The notes: generated by a model from the sequence alone, not told the origin. A stretch of 32,666 nucleotides of DNA from Nemertoderma westbladi (GCA_032718475.1 JAUCBJ010005746.1:1-32666); one strand, 5' to 3'. Shown: positions 1 to 12,009, counted from the first letter of the stretch. Translations and numbers: made by a program.

Positions 1-209
1 ACTGCCTCTTGGTCCCGTTTTACCTGTGCCCGAGTGCCTATGATGGACCTATGGTGGACTAGCCTAGGGTCTGATACTACTGGAGGGATGACCTTTTTTA
101 CAGTAGGAGGTGAGCCGAACTCCTTTCTTATTCGCTCCACACTCCTATCTGAATCACAGATAGTTGTATCGATCAGACTGTCTGACAGGTTTTGCTGAGT
201 GTCAGACAT
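1..209 (-). CDS. 5' start of an ORF running off the left edge (MSDTQQNLSDSLIDTTICDSDRSVERIRKEFGSPPTVKKVIPP...), possibly gag of an LTR element
   Basis: ATG at 209-207, 69 codons with no stop to the window edge (manual translation); no recognisable domain visible. Confidence 0.3.
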   Translation of the reverse strand, partial: MSDTQQNLSDSLIDTTICDSDRSVERIRKEFGSPPTVKKVIPPVVSDPRLVHHRSIIGTRAQVKRDQEA

Positions 210-314
210 GTTTAGCTATACAGTTGAAGGCTTACTGCTATAGTTACAGTTAAAGCAAGTCTAGTAATTCAGTATGACCACTGGCCTAGTACCGGTAATT
301 TATTGCAGTATATT

Positions 315-562
315 AGAATACCGGTATGCACTTATAATATATATAAGTATTGTAAACTAGGTTTGTCACAGAGTACCGGTATATAAATTTAACACAGATA
401 TATATAAATATATAATAGGCCTATCTTGAATACCGGTATACAGCTTACACTTATAGTATATATAAGTATAATTATGAACTAGAATTAATTACAGAGTACC
501 GGTATGATTTCAGCTCAAATTTATAGAAATAAATATAATAAGCCTATGGTAAGTACCGGTAT
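315..562. repeat. Degenerate ~115-120 bp tandem duplication
   Basis: Two units of gaataccggtat..cacttata.tatatataagtat..aactag..acagagtaccggtat..ataata.gcctat. Confidence 0.65.
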
Positions 563-1551
563 GTCAATTATTTTTAGAATAATTGAATTCCTGAATATTT
601 TAGGGTTACTTAGTTACTTTAACTTACTTTATTACCGTTATTTAAGCAGTAGTCCAACTGATATTGAGACCTAGTTGTTGTATGGCAGGCCTACTATTTA
701 TAAATCGTTTGATTTGATTTATAATATTTATATACCCGTTTAAATGGGTTTTTTGTCAATATTTGAAATAAATGTTATTATTTCTGGGGGAGTCACTACA
801 CAGAAGCTGTGCGCTCTCAGTGAAGTGCTATTTATTTGACACTAAAACTGATAATTCTAATTTACCTAAGTTACTTAATACTACAAATTACTTACGATAC
901 TGGTGAGATTAATTCTCTAATTAAACACAACAAAAATATTACGTACGAAATTTTTAGGGTAATTTTACAGGAAGTCTACAAACCAGCCTAACAAAGGGTT
1001 AGAATTCTGGTTATTACAACGGACAGGGTACTACGGTATTTGAAATAATAAGTAGTAGTAAATATATTGTACTGTCCAGATAGGAAAATACCACCGCCTG
1101 ACGACCTATAACCGTATCGCTATAGGTACTACGTTATGTATCACGGATTGTTCCTACCCAGAAGCTAATAGAGCTAACGAATGTGCCTATCAACCACTTT
1201 ACAACACAAATATACTGCCTACACTAATTACTTCGGAAAGCACTGTACACTAAACCCTAAATTAGGTACAAGTACCGGTATAACAAATAATCAGTAGTTA
1301 AATATACTTGAACAGTTAAAAGAACCACGGCATCTGCTGGAGTGACCGAAGCACAAAATCTCCAGTCTTTACCTACGCCGAGCAGCCCTGATGTAGTACC
1401 GGGGTTAGTTTAACTATAACGGTATGTATAACAAGCACAATTACTGTAGGAATAAACTTGGGGACATGAATGTTGCGAATAATCGCATAAACTCTGAATA
1501 ATAAATATTACGCTACCCGTACAGAATACTCAAACAAAATACAAACTAAAC

Positions 1552-2016
1552 GCTGGCAGACTACTATCAAGCCTAAACAAACTACAGTATGTGCAGATTC
1601 TGAAACTGTTAGTTAGTATGCGTTCTAGCACGGTAGTACGACTTATTCTTTAAGAGGGGATTGACCTTACCGCATATGGCTGCCCCAACTTACTAACGGC
1701 ACTTTATCAGACCAACTCTACACACGCAGCAATCCCTTCAGGCCTAAGAATAGCTAGACAACAATCTAGCCTACAAAATATCTGAGTAATAACTATTACG
1801 GTACCTGAACAGACCACACAAACAAACACAGGCTAAAACACTGGCAGACTACAATCAAGCCTAAATAAACTACAGTATATGCAGATTCTGAAACTGTTAG
1901 TTAGTATGCGTTCTAACACGGTAGTACGACTTATTCTTTAAGAGGGGATTGACCTTACCGCATATGGCTGCCCCAACTTACTAACGGCACTTTATCAGAC
2001 AAACTCTACACACGCC
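1552..2016. repeat. Direct repeat, ~175 bp near-identical core at ~288 bp spacing
   Basis: ctggcagact...gcagattctgaaactgttagttagtatgcgttct...ctctacacacgc at ~1553-1727 and ~1841-2015. Confidence 0.9.
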
Positions 2017-2415
2017 GTAATCTCTCCAAACTCAACACAGTCAGACAGCAGTTCAGCCTACAATTATTTGAACAATCTGAGCAGACTTACACGTCTTCAG
2101 CTCAATATTAACTTACTAGGAAATAAAACCGACAGAAATAAGTAAGCTCCAAAAGAAACAAGGGGTGTACAGTCCCTAATCTCTTAAACAGCCTACCGGT
2201 ATACAATAATCAAAATCGAATAATACTAAATGTACTTGCACAGCAGTACCGGTACCGGTGATGACAGTTAGGCCTACTGACCTACAGAAGTACCGGTTCA
2301 GTTTTACCAGTCACTACGGTATTTTGCAACCTTATTGCCTACTGCAATAAGATTATAAACTGTTACTGTTCGCGCTTTTGAAGACCTTTAGCAGTTCAAC
2401 CTGCCAAAATTTATA

Positions 2416-3558
2416 TGTCTTTTAGTTAATTAAAACAACTTTAGCATACGACAATATTTTATGCTAATACACAAAACATTACCCGAAGTCAGCCCATGCG
2501 CGATCATTCACCCGATGGATCTACACCCGGGAGGCTGAATTCGGCTGCTTAAATTTTATTATTGCAGCGTAAGGTTGCATGGTTGCAGTGTAAACTTACT
2601 GTATTATTCGCTAGATCGTTATTAATTAATTTCTGACAGATATTATTGGCTTTCGGGAAATATTAACAGTTCCTTTAGGACGTGGCGCTCTATCTATTTA
2701 AACAGAACTAGGACTTATACTAAACGCAACGATACTGCTTATGATTAAAGTATAAAGCGCATTCTTTAGGAAATGCTTTGTTACCAATAAAATCATGCAC
2801 ACTATTCTGCCGACCGTCAGTACATTTGATCACACATAAAGAGAGCAGCAATTGACTCATGTAGGGTCTGCTAAATAACATTAGATTCAATACACACCAC
2901 ATTAATATAAATCGCAATTGTTATGTATAGCCGGTCTCTCTAACCTGTAGTGTATCAAGTAAATTGGGAAATTTGGGTGATTTATCCGTATTATCCAAAG
3001 AGCAATATTTCCATCAACAAATAGGTACAATTAATAACTGACGGTAAATAACAGTACAAACAATATGATTAATAGTGAGTTAAGATTGATTAGTTAAGTT
3101 AAGATTCGATTCGGTAACAGTTTATACTTTCGATAATTTAAGCAGTTTTACTAGAGTTCTTCCCAAAAAGCCGGTGTTATGGCGAAAAATGGGAACACAA
3201 CAACAGAATCATATAAAATCATATGACTACTACCACTATACGAGTATACCAAAAACCCTTATTCCACGAAGCCCCGTTCAACACAGAGGATGAGCATAGA
3301 GATAGGAAATTCAATTCAGTAGCGCTGGGATAGGTCGAAATCAACACCCACGCAAATTCTATTGGCCGACACGGACAGCAAGGCTTAGGCAACCTCCCTA
3401 CACTGGTTGGCCGATTAAACTGAGCCCAGATATCTCCACACAGCACATCAGCCAATAAGCTGGTAGCTTGCACTATTTTAGTTATAAATCCCTTTGAGAG
3501 TATTCTAGCGACCGGGGGGGAACTGGCCAGCAAAGGCAAACGTATCAGTTATCCCACA
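2416..3558 (-). mobile_element. Candidate 5' LTR of a minus-strand LTR retrotransposon inserted into the RTE ORF
   Basis: TGT...ACA ends; outer end coincides with the point where RTE endonuclease homology stops; minus-strand TATA-like TTTAAATAG (~2700) then AATAAA (~2555-2560); TGG follows the inner end but no convincing tRNA PBS. Confidence 0.3.
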
Positions 3559-5300
3559 AAAGCTTTTACACTAAGTCTTACCTTGGCCACAATAAGGCGG
3601 TGATCACTGGAGAAGGGTCGAAGTGTAAATGCATTACAGTCTTGTATAGAGCTCCTGTATTTCCTACGAAACAGAATATGGTCTATCTGGGACTTGTGAC
3701 CACTGGGTCCACTATGAGTCCATAGCTTTCCAGTTCGCTTCTTGAACTGGGTTCCAGCCGAAAACAATCCATTTCCAGAGATAAAATCCTGAAGATGGAC
3801 AGAATTTCGGTTAACACTATTGCTATAGACCCAGGGCGATGTAGGTGATTGATGCAGACTTGCATTGAAGTCTCCCAGGAATGTTAAGAATGCATGCTGA
3901 TCCACTCCATCAGTAGCTGCTTGTAGATTGTGGTAGAAATTTTCCACCTCCTCTACAGGGGCAACACTAGTTGGAGAGTAGCACACAATCAGAACCACCT
4001 TAGGAAACTTCTTAGCCAGTCTTCCAGAACATGAGAAGTGGCAACGGATGATGCGGTTAGAGATTTGGTCTATTTTGTCCAATGCTGCATGTGCAGTTGG
4101 ATTCATCAATAGACCAATTCCACCATTGCCATTATCATCTGCTGACGCGAGGGCGAGTCGCCAACCACCCCCCATGTCCTTAATCAGAACCTCACCAGTC
4201 TGTCCAGTCTGCATTCGATGCTCTTGAACACCCACTGCGCTAAGAGAAAGCTTATCTGCAAAGGCAGTCAGCTCACCTTGTCGCATTGGGGACCCGAGTG
4301 TTAGGGTGTTTACTGAGGCTAGTCTTGTGACTTGCCTCAGATTCACCAATGGCTTTGTTGGTCGGGGTGGAACTTGAAAGTAGCCTCCAACTCCAGAATC
4401 CCTCTCCCCATCACAATCTGGCCTTCCTGGTGACCCAGGGTTTGGGCCAGAAAGGTCATCAGGAAAGGGACTCAAAGAATTGTTGGCTGCTCTCTCTCCA
4501 GTAGGGGGTGAGACAGGCAGCCGGTCAGGAGTTAACTGACGCCTGTGAGGCCGATTGTGTCCGGTAATTCCACTGGCCTCTAGTGGCCGGACCTCCGCAT
4601 TGCTAATGTAATCCATAGTGGGGGTTGGGGGGTGCTTTTTTGCCGAGTCAGCTCTCGGGGCAAATACCACACCCTGGTTTGCCATTCCACAGGGTGGGTG
4701 TCGCAATGGAGTCAGATATGAGGCCCATCACCCATATCTACTCTGACACACATGACCCACCATTGGCTGTTGCAGTTCATCTGCTGGGTCATGCCCTGTA
4801 CCCTTGCTGCCAGGTGCAGGTCGCAGTGAAGTGCTCTCAGAGTGGACATGAGAACACTCTACTCCTGACCAGCCATTGGTAGATCACCATCTGCCTGGTC
4901 AGGCCATATACCCCTGCAGCCAAGTATATGTATATGGGTCCTTAATCCAGGACCAAGGGCGTCCTTATCCCAGAACGAAGGGGGTCCTAGTTACAGGACC
5001 AGATTTGCCCTAGTAAGAGGGTCTATGCAGCTACAGGTGGCACCTCCTTTATGCTGCATGGAGGTGGCAAGTTTTCTTGATCAATGACCTAGAATACCTG
5101 ACCTGACACTAGATATGATATGGCTCCCCAATGTACTTTCCTGCCCACTATTGGCTTAACCTGATTAATTGTCACCTCACCACTCCCTGTTACCGTTATC
5201 CCTTGGTGCTAGCCTTACTAGCTTGTTTCTCCCTCTGATGTCTCACCTCTCTCTGTGGCCTACGGGCGACACACGCCATAGGCCACAGAGGGAGGGAATC
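3559..5300 (-). mobile_element. 5' part of an RTE-clade LINE: structured 5' UTR plus apurinic-like endonuclease ORF, truncated at ~3559
   Basis: ORF 3549-4706 has APE motifs ASVNTLTL, VGVQEHR, GGIG, CYSPT, GDFNA, SQIDHIL, SDHRL; no RT follows; upstream boundary approximate. Confidence 0.85.
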
Positions 5301-5842
5301 TCACATCGCCAACTATATTGGTAAAATTCCACTAGTCCCATTTTCGGTGGGTAGTGCATGGAATTGAATCCGCTTACACAGCCAAACAGTTTGCGAGATA
5401 AACAATAATAAGCAAGCTGTCTTATTAGTCTGGCTACTTACACTGCTAACTGTCCTATAGATGTAATTACCATTTGCTCGAGTAGTGGTGATGTACTGTA
5501 CGTACAGTAGGACTGGTTGGACTGGTTCCAGCTACGCAATAGCAAGAACGCCATATAGAATGAAGAAACTGGAAGTATAAGGTGGAGAGACGGGACATTT
5601 TAATAACACATTTCGTAAATCAAATCACTTGAAATAATAAAAAACTATAATGGACTAATATACATGAAATAATTTACATTAAATGGCAGTCAGAAAATTG
5701 CTGCTTATAGCTTCTCGAAGGCCACACGGAAATTATATTTGGAAAATTACTAAACTTTTGCCAAACAACATGTTTATCAAATTTGGTTAGATTTTATCGA
5801 GGATTAGCTGAGTTATTAACGTTTAAAAACACGGATTAGTCA

Positions 5843-5870
5843 ACTACTACTACGATCGGCATGCTGCATT
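5843..5870 (-). mobile_element. 28-bp remnant of the RTE 3' end with (TAG)n tail
   Basis: Reverse complement aatgcagcatgccgatcgtagtagtagt matches 24918-24941 at 23/24. Confidence 0.6.
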
Positions 5871-6131
5871 ATATATATATATTACATATATATTAAGAAT
5901 GCTGTGCCGGCTTGTCGACAAAATTGTGCCGCCAAAACTCCCTATCACATATTATCATATAGATCATTCGCATCTTCAAGGCCGGCCTGTCTCCTTTAAG
6001 ATACGTCTCAAGAAAGTCATGGGCTGTGCACTATGCTTATTCGCTCCATGAGGCCTCTAAAGCACAAGATTATGCACTGCCGGTCATCACGGTGAAAGCA
6101 ATGTCCTCCAAAGGGGAGGCGGTTCCAAACA

Positions 6132-6340
6132 TATAGTCAACACAAACTCGTCGTCATTACAATCCTCGTTGCACTCGTCCTGTACATCTGGTCATCGAAA
6201 TAACTAGCATAATACATTCCACCACCGATACTGATCAAAATGACATGTTGTCCAATATGCTAAACCAGGGTGCTACATACAGTAGGAGTATAGTCAACAC
6301 AATACTCGTACCTTTCATTATCCTCGTTGCACTCGTCCTG
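6132..6340. repeat. ~50 bp imperfect direct repeat
   Basis: tatagtcaacacaa..ctcgt...atcctcgttgcactcgtcctg at ~6132-6182 and ~6289-6340. Confidence 0.7.
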
Positions 6341-6711
6341 AAGAATTGCCTTTCTAGATATCGGGAATATTTGCGTTTTGTTTGTTTAAGTGGCTCCTTG
6401 TGTCTCTGGAGTTATTTGAAATTCAATGCGTGTAAAAATACATAACTACATATTTATTACCCAGGAAACAATAATATGTATTTTAGACGCTGAGATGTCT
6501 GCTGAAGTCAATCATAATATCACAGAGGTGTAAAAAAAATATATTTTATCATTTAACAAACTGGTGGTGGGATTTATTACATTTTTTTAAACGTATTCAA
6601 TTAGCTATATTTTTGTTTGCGCAGGGACGAGGGACTATATTTGTAAATGGAAACATACAACATATTTACGAACGTTATACAACATATTTGAAATTATTGA
6701 CGTATTAAATC

Positions 6712-8316
6712 ATGATGAAGACCAGAACGCTTATCCTTGCGTTAATGACATTAACTATTATTGCGTTTGGCTTTAATTATTTGTATCTATTCCTAATGCC
6801 AATGCTGCTAAAAACTCATGTAATGCATGATTGGGTCTGTTCTAATAAAACCGACCTACAAATCACACGAATTCCACTGCAAATAGAGACTCCCACTACA
6901 AAAGAGGATGTGCAATACCACGAGCTATCATTAGTACCAAACATTGTGCACCTTATATGGCTGCATCGAGCGAGATTCGATTTTATTCATTATATATGCC
7001 TCATCTCAATTTATAGGAATATTAAACCAGATGCAATCTACTTTCATACAAATATGGGAGATACATTCAACGGAAGCGATGGTAAGTCGGAACCGTGGTT
7101 CCTTAGAGCTAAAGAAAAGGTACCCATTTTGGTCATGAAGAACATCGTAGCCCCTAAAACCGTATTTAATATTCCATTGACTTCGAACCCAGGGGAGAGG
7201 GCTTCGCATCAAACAGATGTTTTACGTTTCGAGATTCTATTGAAATACGGCGGTATTTACATGGACGGTGATGCGTTTGGAATCAGACCTTTCGCGAGTT
7301 TACGTCAATATGACTACACAGCCAATAGAGAAGAGCCTAAAATAGATAGACTCTTCAGTGGAATCGTTTTAGCTAAAAAAGAATCTCTGTTTCTCAGGAT
7401 GGTTTACGAAAGTTTCGCAAGTTATGATCCTAAATGCTGGGCGTGTGCGTGTTGCGAGATTCCTGGTAAACTATCGGCTATATTCCCGCATCTAGTACAT
7501 GTTGTAGAGCAGTCACTAATATTCCCAAATTATGGTAATTTGGAGAAGCAACTTTATACGAATTACGATTGGAAGACGTTGAAATATACATCTCATATTT
7601 GGTTACGAAGGTGGAACGTTTTGAGGAACGAGCTGATAACTCCTGCAAATCTCCACTGCGTAGATTCGGCACTAGGAGAGATGTTGAGGTCGATTTACTT
7701 TGACAAAGAGAATAAACCACCTCCTTGTTCCGATATAGAAAGACGGAGACTTTTACCAATATTTACTGCCCATAAGAACCAATTTTTGAATCCGAAAAAG
7801 GTCAACCCGAAACAATCGAACTCAAAACAGGTCAACCAGGTTGAAAGATTGCTGGAAATCCAGAGACTATTTAACCAGAAACCAGTGGAACCGGAAGCTG
7901 AAAAATCGGCAGCGGTGAAACCGGATGTGGTGAAACCGGAAGTGTTGAAACCGGATGTTGTGAAACCGGATGTGTTGAAGCCGGAAGTGGCGAAACCGGA
8001 CGTTGTGAAACCTAAAGAGGTGAAACCGGAAGTGTTGAAGCCGGAAGTTGTGAAACCGGAAGTGGTGCGACCGGAAGTGGTGAAACTGGAAGTTGTGAAA
8101 CCAGCAGTTGTAATACCGGAAGTTTTGAAACTGGAAGTGGTGCGACCGGAAGTGGTGCGACCGGAAGTGGTGCGACCGGAAGTGGTGCGACCGGAAGTGG
8201 TGAGACCGGAAGTGGTGCGACCGGAAGTGGTGAGATCGGACGCTTTAAAACCGGAAGAGGTAAAACCGGAAGTGTTGAAACGGGAACCAGTGAAACAGGA
8301 TGCAGTGAAACCATAA
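6712..8316 (+). CDS. Type II membrane DXD glycosyltransferase, GT32 family (alpha-1,4-GlcNAc/Gal transferase-like), with C-terminal (K/R)PEVV repeat tail
   Basis: N-terminal hydrophobic anchor; VPNIVHLIW, HQTDVLRFEILLKYGGIYMDGD (DXD) motifs; splice-acceptor-like tttttgtttgcgcag ending 6624 suggests an upstream non-coding exon. Confidence 0.88.
   Translation: MMKTRTLILALMTLTIIAFGFNYLYLFLMPMLLKTHVMHDWVCSNKTDLQITRIPLQIETPTTKEDVQYHELSLVPNIVHLIWLHRARFDFIHYICLISIYRNIKPDAIYFHTNMGDTFNGSDGKSEPWFLRAKEKVPILVMKNIVAPKTVFNIPLTSNPGERASHQTDVLRFEILLKYGGIYMDGDAFGIRPFASLRQYDYTANREEPKIDRLFSGIVLAKKESLFLRMVYESFASYDPKCWACACCEIPGKLSAIFPHLVHVVEQSLIFPNYGNLEKQLYTNYDWKTLKYTSHIWLRRWNVLRNELITPANLHCVDSALGEMLRSIYFDKENKPPPCSDIERRRLLPIFTAHKNQFLNPKKVNPKQSNSKQVNQVERLLEIQRLFNQKPVEPEAEKSAAVKPDVVKPEVLKPDVVKPDVLKPEVAKPDVVKPKEVKPEVLKPEVVKPEVVRPEVVKLEVVKPAVVIPEVLKLEVVRPEVVRPEVVRPEVVRPEVVRPEVVRPEVVRSDALKPEEVKPEVLKREPVKQDAVKP
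7915..8313 (+). repeat. Coding 15-bp minisatellite (ccggaagtggtg[aaa/cga]) encoding ~26 pentapeptides
   Basis: Seen in DNA and in the translation (KPEVV/RPEVV/KPDVV). Confidence 0.95.
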
Positions 8317-8867
8317 CCGATGAATCCGGAACCGGTTAATCCAAAAGCGTTTACTCCGTAACAGAATAACCAGAAAGCGGTTTTTCCGGATTATTAAGGG
8401 CATAATTTAAATACTTTCGTGAGAATAATACTGTAGTATGTTACGTCCACGAACCTAATATGTAATTGTGTGTACTGTACACGTAAAAATAATTATGAAC
8501 GCTGACCTAAATAATAATTACTTTAATAATAAACAGATTTTTATTACAAGAATTAAACCAAAATAAAAAATAATACGTAGGGAACACTATAACATACTGT
8601 AGAAGGCAAAGTTATAATAAATTAGATTAGACAATCCAGATCATTCCATCGAGCTAGGCACCCACCGCATTCCCACTCATTGAGTAGCGCAGTTCACAAA
8701 GTTAAATAATTTAAGTGTGATAAAATAGTAACTAAATTTCTATTTAAATTTATTAAAATAAATTTAGTAGAAGATGAGATAATGACTCAAACTAGTCTAC
8801 CATATCGTACAGTAGTAGAAATGTAGGCCTACCGCACCAAAATGTCAACACAAGAACTGAAGACTAA

Positions 8868-8988
8868 TCAGCTAACACCCGTTCCAAAGAAGGGCAACCT
8901 CTCCTCCTTCAGATCATATCGTGGAATTAGTCGTATCTCGATTGCTGAAAAATTATTCAACCGAATAATACTAAATCGCATAACATGG
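8868..8988 (+). pseudogene. Small RTE-type reverse transcriptase fragment
   Basis: PVPKKGNLSSFRSYRGISRISIAEKLFNRIILNRI matches the conserved P.PKKG...YR.ISL....K....IL.R region of LINE RT. Confidence 0.75.
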
Positions 8989-9233
8989 CAAAATATCTTA
9001 TTGCCAAAATCGCAGCATCTCCATGCTGAAGCTTGCTGGGCGCCATTTGCGCCAGTCGGATCACCGCGTACACAACCTTGTTTTGTGGAAGCCTGTTGGT
9101 GAAAATAGGAGTGGTAGTGCAGGTGTACTAAACCGCTGTGAAGAAGTGGTAAAAAAGTAAAAAAAATAGGTAGGCCTACTGTACAGTATGTCTGATAGCA
9201 TGAGTTGGAAATAGGTCTAAATACCGCACAGTT

Positions 9234-10210
9234 GGCTATACCGACCTAATACCGAGCTATCCCGAGCTATGCCAACCTATACTGAGCTATACCGACCTAA
9301 TTCCGAGCTATCCCGAGCTATGCCAACCTATACTGAGCTATACCGACCTAGTACCGAGCTATCCCGAGCTATGCCAACCTATACTGAGCTATACCGACCT
9401 AATACCGAGCTATCCCGAGCTATGCCAACCTATACTGAGCTATACCGACCTAATACCGAGCTATGCCAACCTATACTGCGAGCTATACCGACCTAATACA
9501 GAGCTATCCCGAGCTATGCCAACCTATACTGAGCTATACCGACCTATCCCGAGCTATGCCAACCTATACTGAGCTATACCGACCCAATACCGAGCTATGC
9601 TAACCTATACTGAGCTATACCGACCTAATACCGAGCTATCCCGAGCTATGCCAACCTATACTGAGCTATACCGACCTAATACCGAGCTATCCCGAGCTAT
9701 GCCAACCTATACTGAGCTATACCGACCTAATACCGAGCTATCCCGAGCTATGCCAACCTACTGAGCTATACCCACCTAATACCGAGCTATCCCGAGCTAT
9801 GCCAACCTATACTGAGCTATACCGACCTAATACCGACCTATGCTAACCTATACTGAGCTATACCGACCTAATACCGAGCTATGCCAACCTATACTGAGCT
9901 ATACTGACCTAATACCGAGCTATCCCGAGCTATGCCAACCTATACTGAGCTATACCGACCTAATACCGAGCTATCCCGAGCTATGCCAACCTATACTGAG
10001 CTATACCGACCTAATACCGAGCTATCCCGAGCTATGCCTACCAATACTGAGCTATACCGACCTAATACCGAGCTATGCTAACCTATACTGAGCTATACCG
10101 ACCTAATACCGAGCTATCCCGAGCTATGCCAACCTATACTGAGCTATACCGACCTAATACCGAGCTATCCCGAGCTATGCCAACCTATACTGAGCTATAC
10201 CGACCTAATA
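9234..10210. repeat. Minisatellite, 51-bp higher-order unit built of ~10-bp subunits (some 41-bp deletion variants)
   Basis: ataccgacctaataccgagctatcccgagctatgccaacctatactgagct repeated ~19-20 times. Confidence 0.97.
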
Positions 10211-10561
10211 TCGCATTAGGCCTACTGCCGTCAGAAGGTAGATCACCCTATCTCATTTTTTTTCGGTTTTGGTGTTTTTATCGACTCTGGACAAATCGGG
10301 GGTTCTTTTTCTCGTGGTGTTGTCCGTTTTACCGTATATCCACCCGTTACAGGTCTCAATATCGTGAAAAATAACCTATGTATCCTATTTTGGAACAATA
10401 TACCATATTATCTTGTAGCAGAACACCCTATCTCAATGAGACTAGGTACAATAAGAAATTAACAACCATAATAGCACATTCAAACAGGACAAGAGAGAAA
10501 CAGGACGACTGTGAGAATGAACAAGGAGTTGTTAACCGGAAATGGTGATGTGCCAGGTTTG

Positions 10562-10935
10562 CTGGAGGTTGATGGAGTAGATGGACAGGGGATGTCGGAG
10601 GTAGATGGAGTGGGTGGTCAGAGGATGTCAAAATTACCTGAGATGGAATGGATGGACAGGGGATGTCGGAGGTAGAGAGTGGGTGGACAGAGGATGTCGG
10701 AGGTAGATGGTGTGGGTGGGCAGGGGATGTCGGAGGTAGATTGAGTTGGTAGACGAGGGATGTCAGAGGTAGATGGAGTGTGTGGGCAGGGGATGTCAGA
10801 GGTAGATGGAGTAGATGAACAGGATATGGCAGGGGTATATGGAGTGGGTGGACAAGGAGTATCGGATGTAGATGGAGTGGATGGACAGGGTATGTCGAGA
10901 TTTATGGTGTTTTGTGGACAGGGGATATCAGAGGT
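10562..10935. repeat. 33-bp purine-rich minisatellite
   Basis: ggacaggggatgtcggaggtagatggagtgggt units, ~10 copies. Confidence 0.9.
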
Positions 10936-11087
10936 ACAGTCCTGCTCACCAACAGAATGCCATCGGATCCGATCGGATCCAACACACTCCGACAGCTTCA
11001 AACAAGCACAATGCTAACCTACGGAGATTTAGTACTGTTTGATTCTGTTGGAGAAAATATTTCCAAAAGTTTAGTCTGTTGGAGCCC

Positions 11088-11232
11088 ATCTGAATCTGTC
11101 TGAAATCCGTCTGAAAGTGTTTGAAATTTATGTTGGATGTTGTTTGAAGTTGTCTGAAGTTGTTTGAATTTGTCTGAAGTTGTTTGAATTTGTCTGAATC
11201 TGTTTGACGCCATCGGAATTTGTTGGAATTTG
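11088..11232. repeat. Degenerate 10-bp repeat (ttgtctgaag/ttgtttgaat)
   Basis: Clearest at 11140-11205. Confidence 0.75.
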
Positions 11233-11626
11233 CCAATGCCTTACAAAAGCGTAGTACAATAACAAAATGTCAATCACTTTAACTCTCAAATTGAAGTGAT
11301 TGTGCGAGGGTGTGCCATTGTGAAGTATAAACCGAAGCTAAGATTTGTTTCATTTAATTTAATCATAACAATTTTTATTTACATAATTATATTTTTTATT
11401 ATATGAATTAACTTGCATGCAATAAACGAATAACCTATAATATAAATTCCTATAAATGGATATAATAACACCAACCGGAACACGATTTTAATTACGTAAT
11501 TAGAAATGTAAATAATGCTATATAAATATATTAATTACTTTGACGTAGGGGTAGGGCGCTAAATGTACTGTACATAAACAAATATAAATACCACCAGATA
11601 TAGGCCTATATATTGCTATGGCAGAT

Positions 11627-12009
11627 GTAGGGCTATGTATTGCATTGTTATAGCTTGGAATAGGTCGGTGAAGCTATGTATTGCATTGTTATAGCTTGTT
11701 GTAGGTCGGTGAAGCTATGTATTGCATTGTTATAGCTTGGAATAGGTCGGTGAAGCTATGTATTGCATTGTTATAGCTCGTTATAGGTCAGAATAAGCCG
11801 GTGTTAGCTCGGCATAGGTCGGTGAAGCTATGTATTGCATTGTTATAGCTCGGTATAGCTTGATATAGGTCGGTGTAGCTATGTATTGCATTGTTATAGC
11901 TTGTTATAGGTCGGTATATGCCGGTGTTAGCTCGGTGTAGGTCGGTATAGCTATGTAGTGCATTTGTTATAGCTAGGTCTGTAGATCGGTGTAGCTACGT
12001 ATTGCATTG
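11627..12009. repeat. 41-bp minisatellite sharing motifs, in inverted orientation, with the 51-bp array
   Basis: taggtcggtgaagctatgtattgcattgttatagctt.. units; taggtcggt and tagctcggtatagct are reverse complements of motifs in 9234-10210. Confidence 0.9.

Noticed and set aside
1097-1130. Hammerhead-like CTGACGA followed by hairpin CCTATA/TATAGG
   Set aside because: No GAAA after the stem and no stem I/III arrangement
8314-8397. TAA reassigned to Glu (variant genetic code)
   Set aside because: USP5 ends at TAA at the expected C-terminus and long ORFs contain no internal TAA; simple nonsense changes explain it
9234-10210. CRISPR array or protein-coding repeat (MPTYTELYRPNTELSRA ORFs)
   Set aside because: No unique spacers, no cas genes, eukaryotic context; frame-breaking unit variants show the ORFs are by-products of a satellite
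10618-11236. Short ORFs on both strands
   Set aside because: Translations simply mirror 33-bp and 10-bp minisatellites
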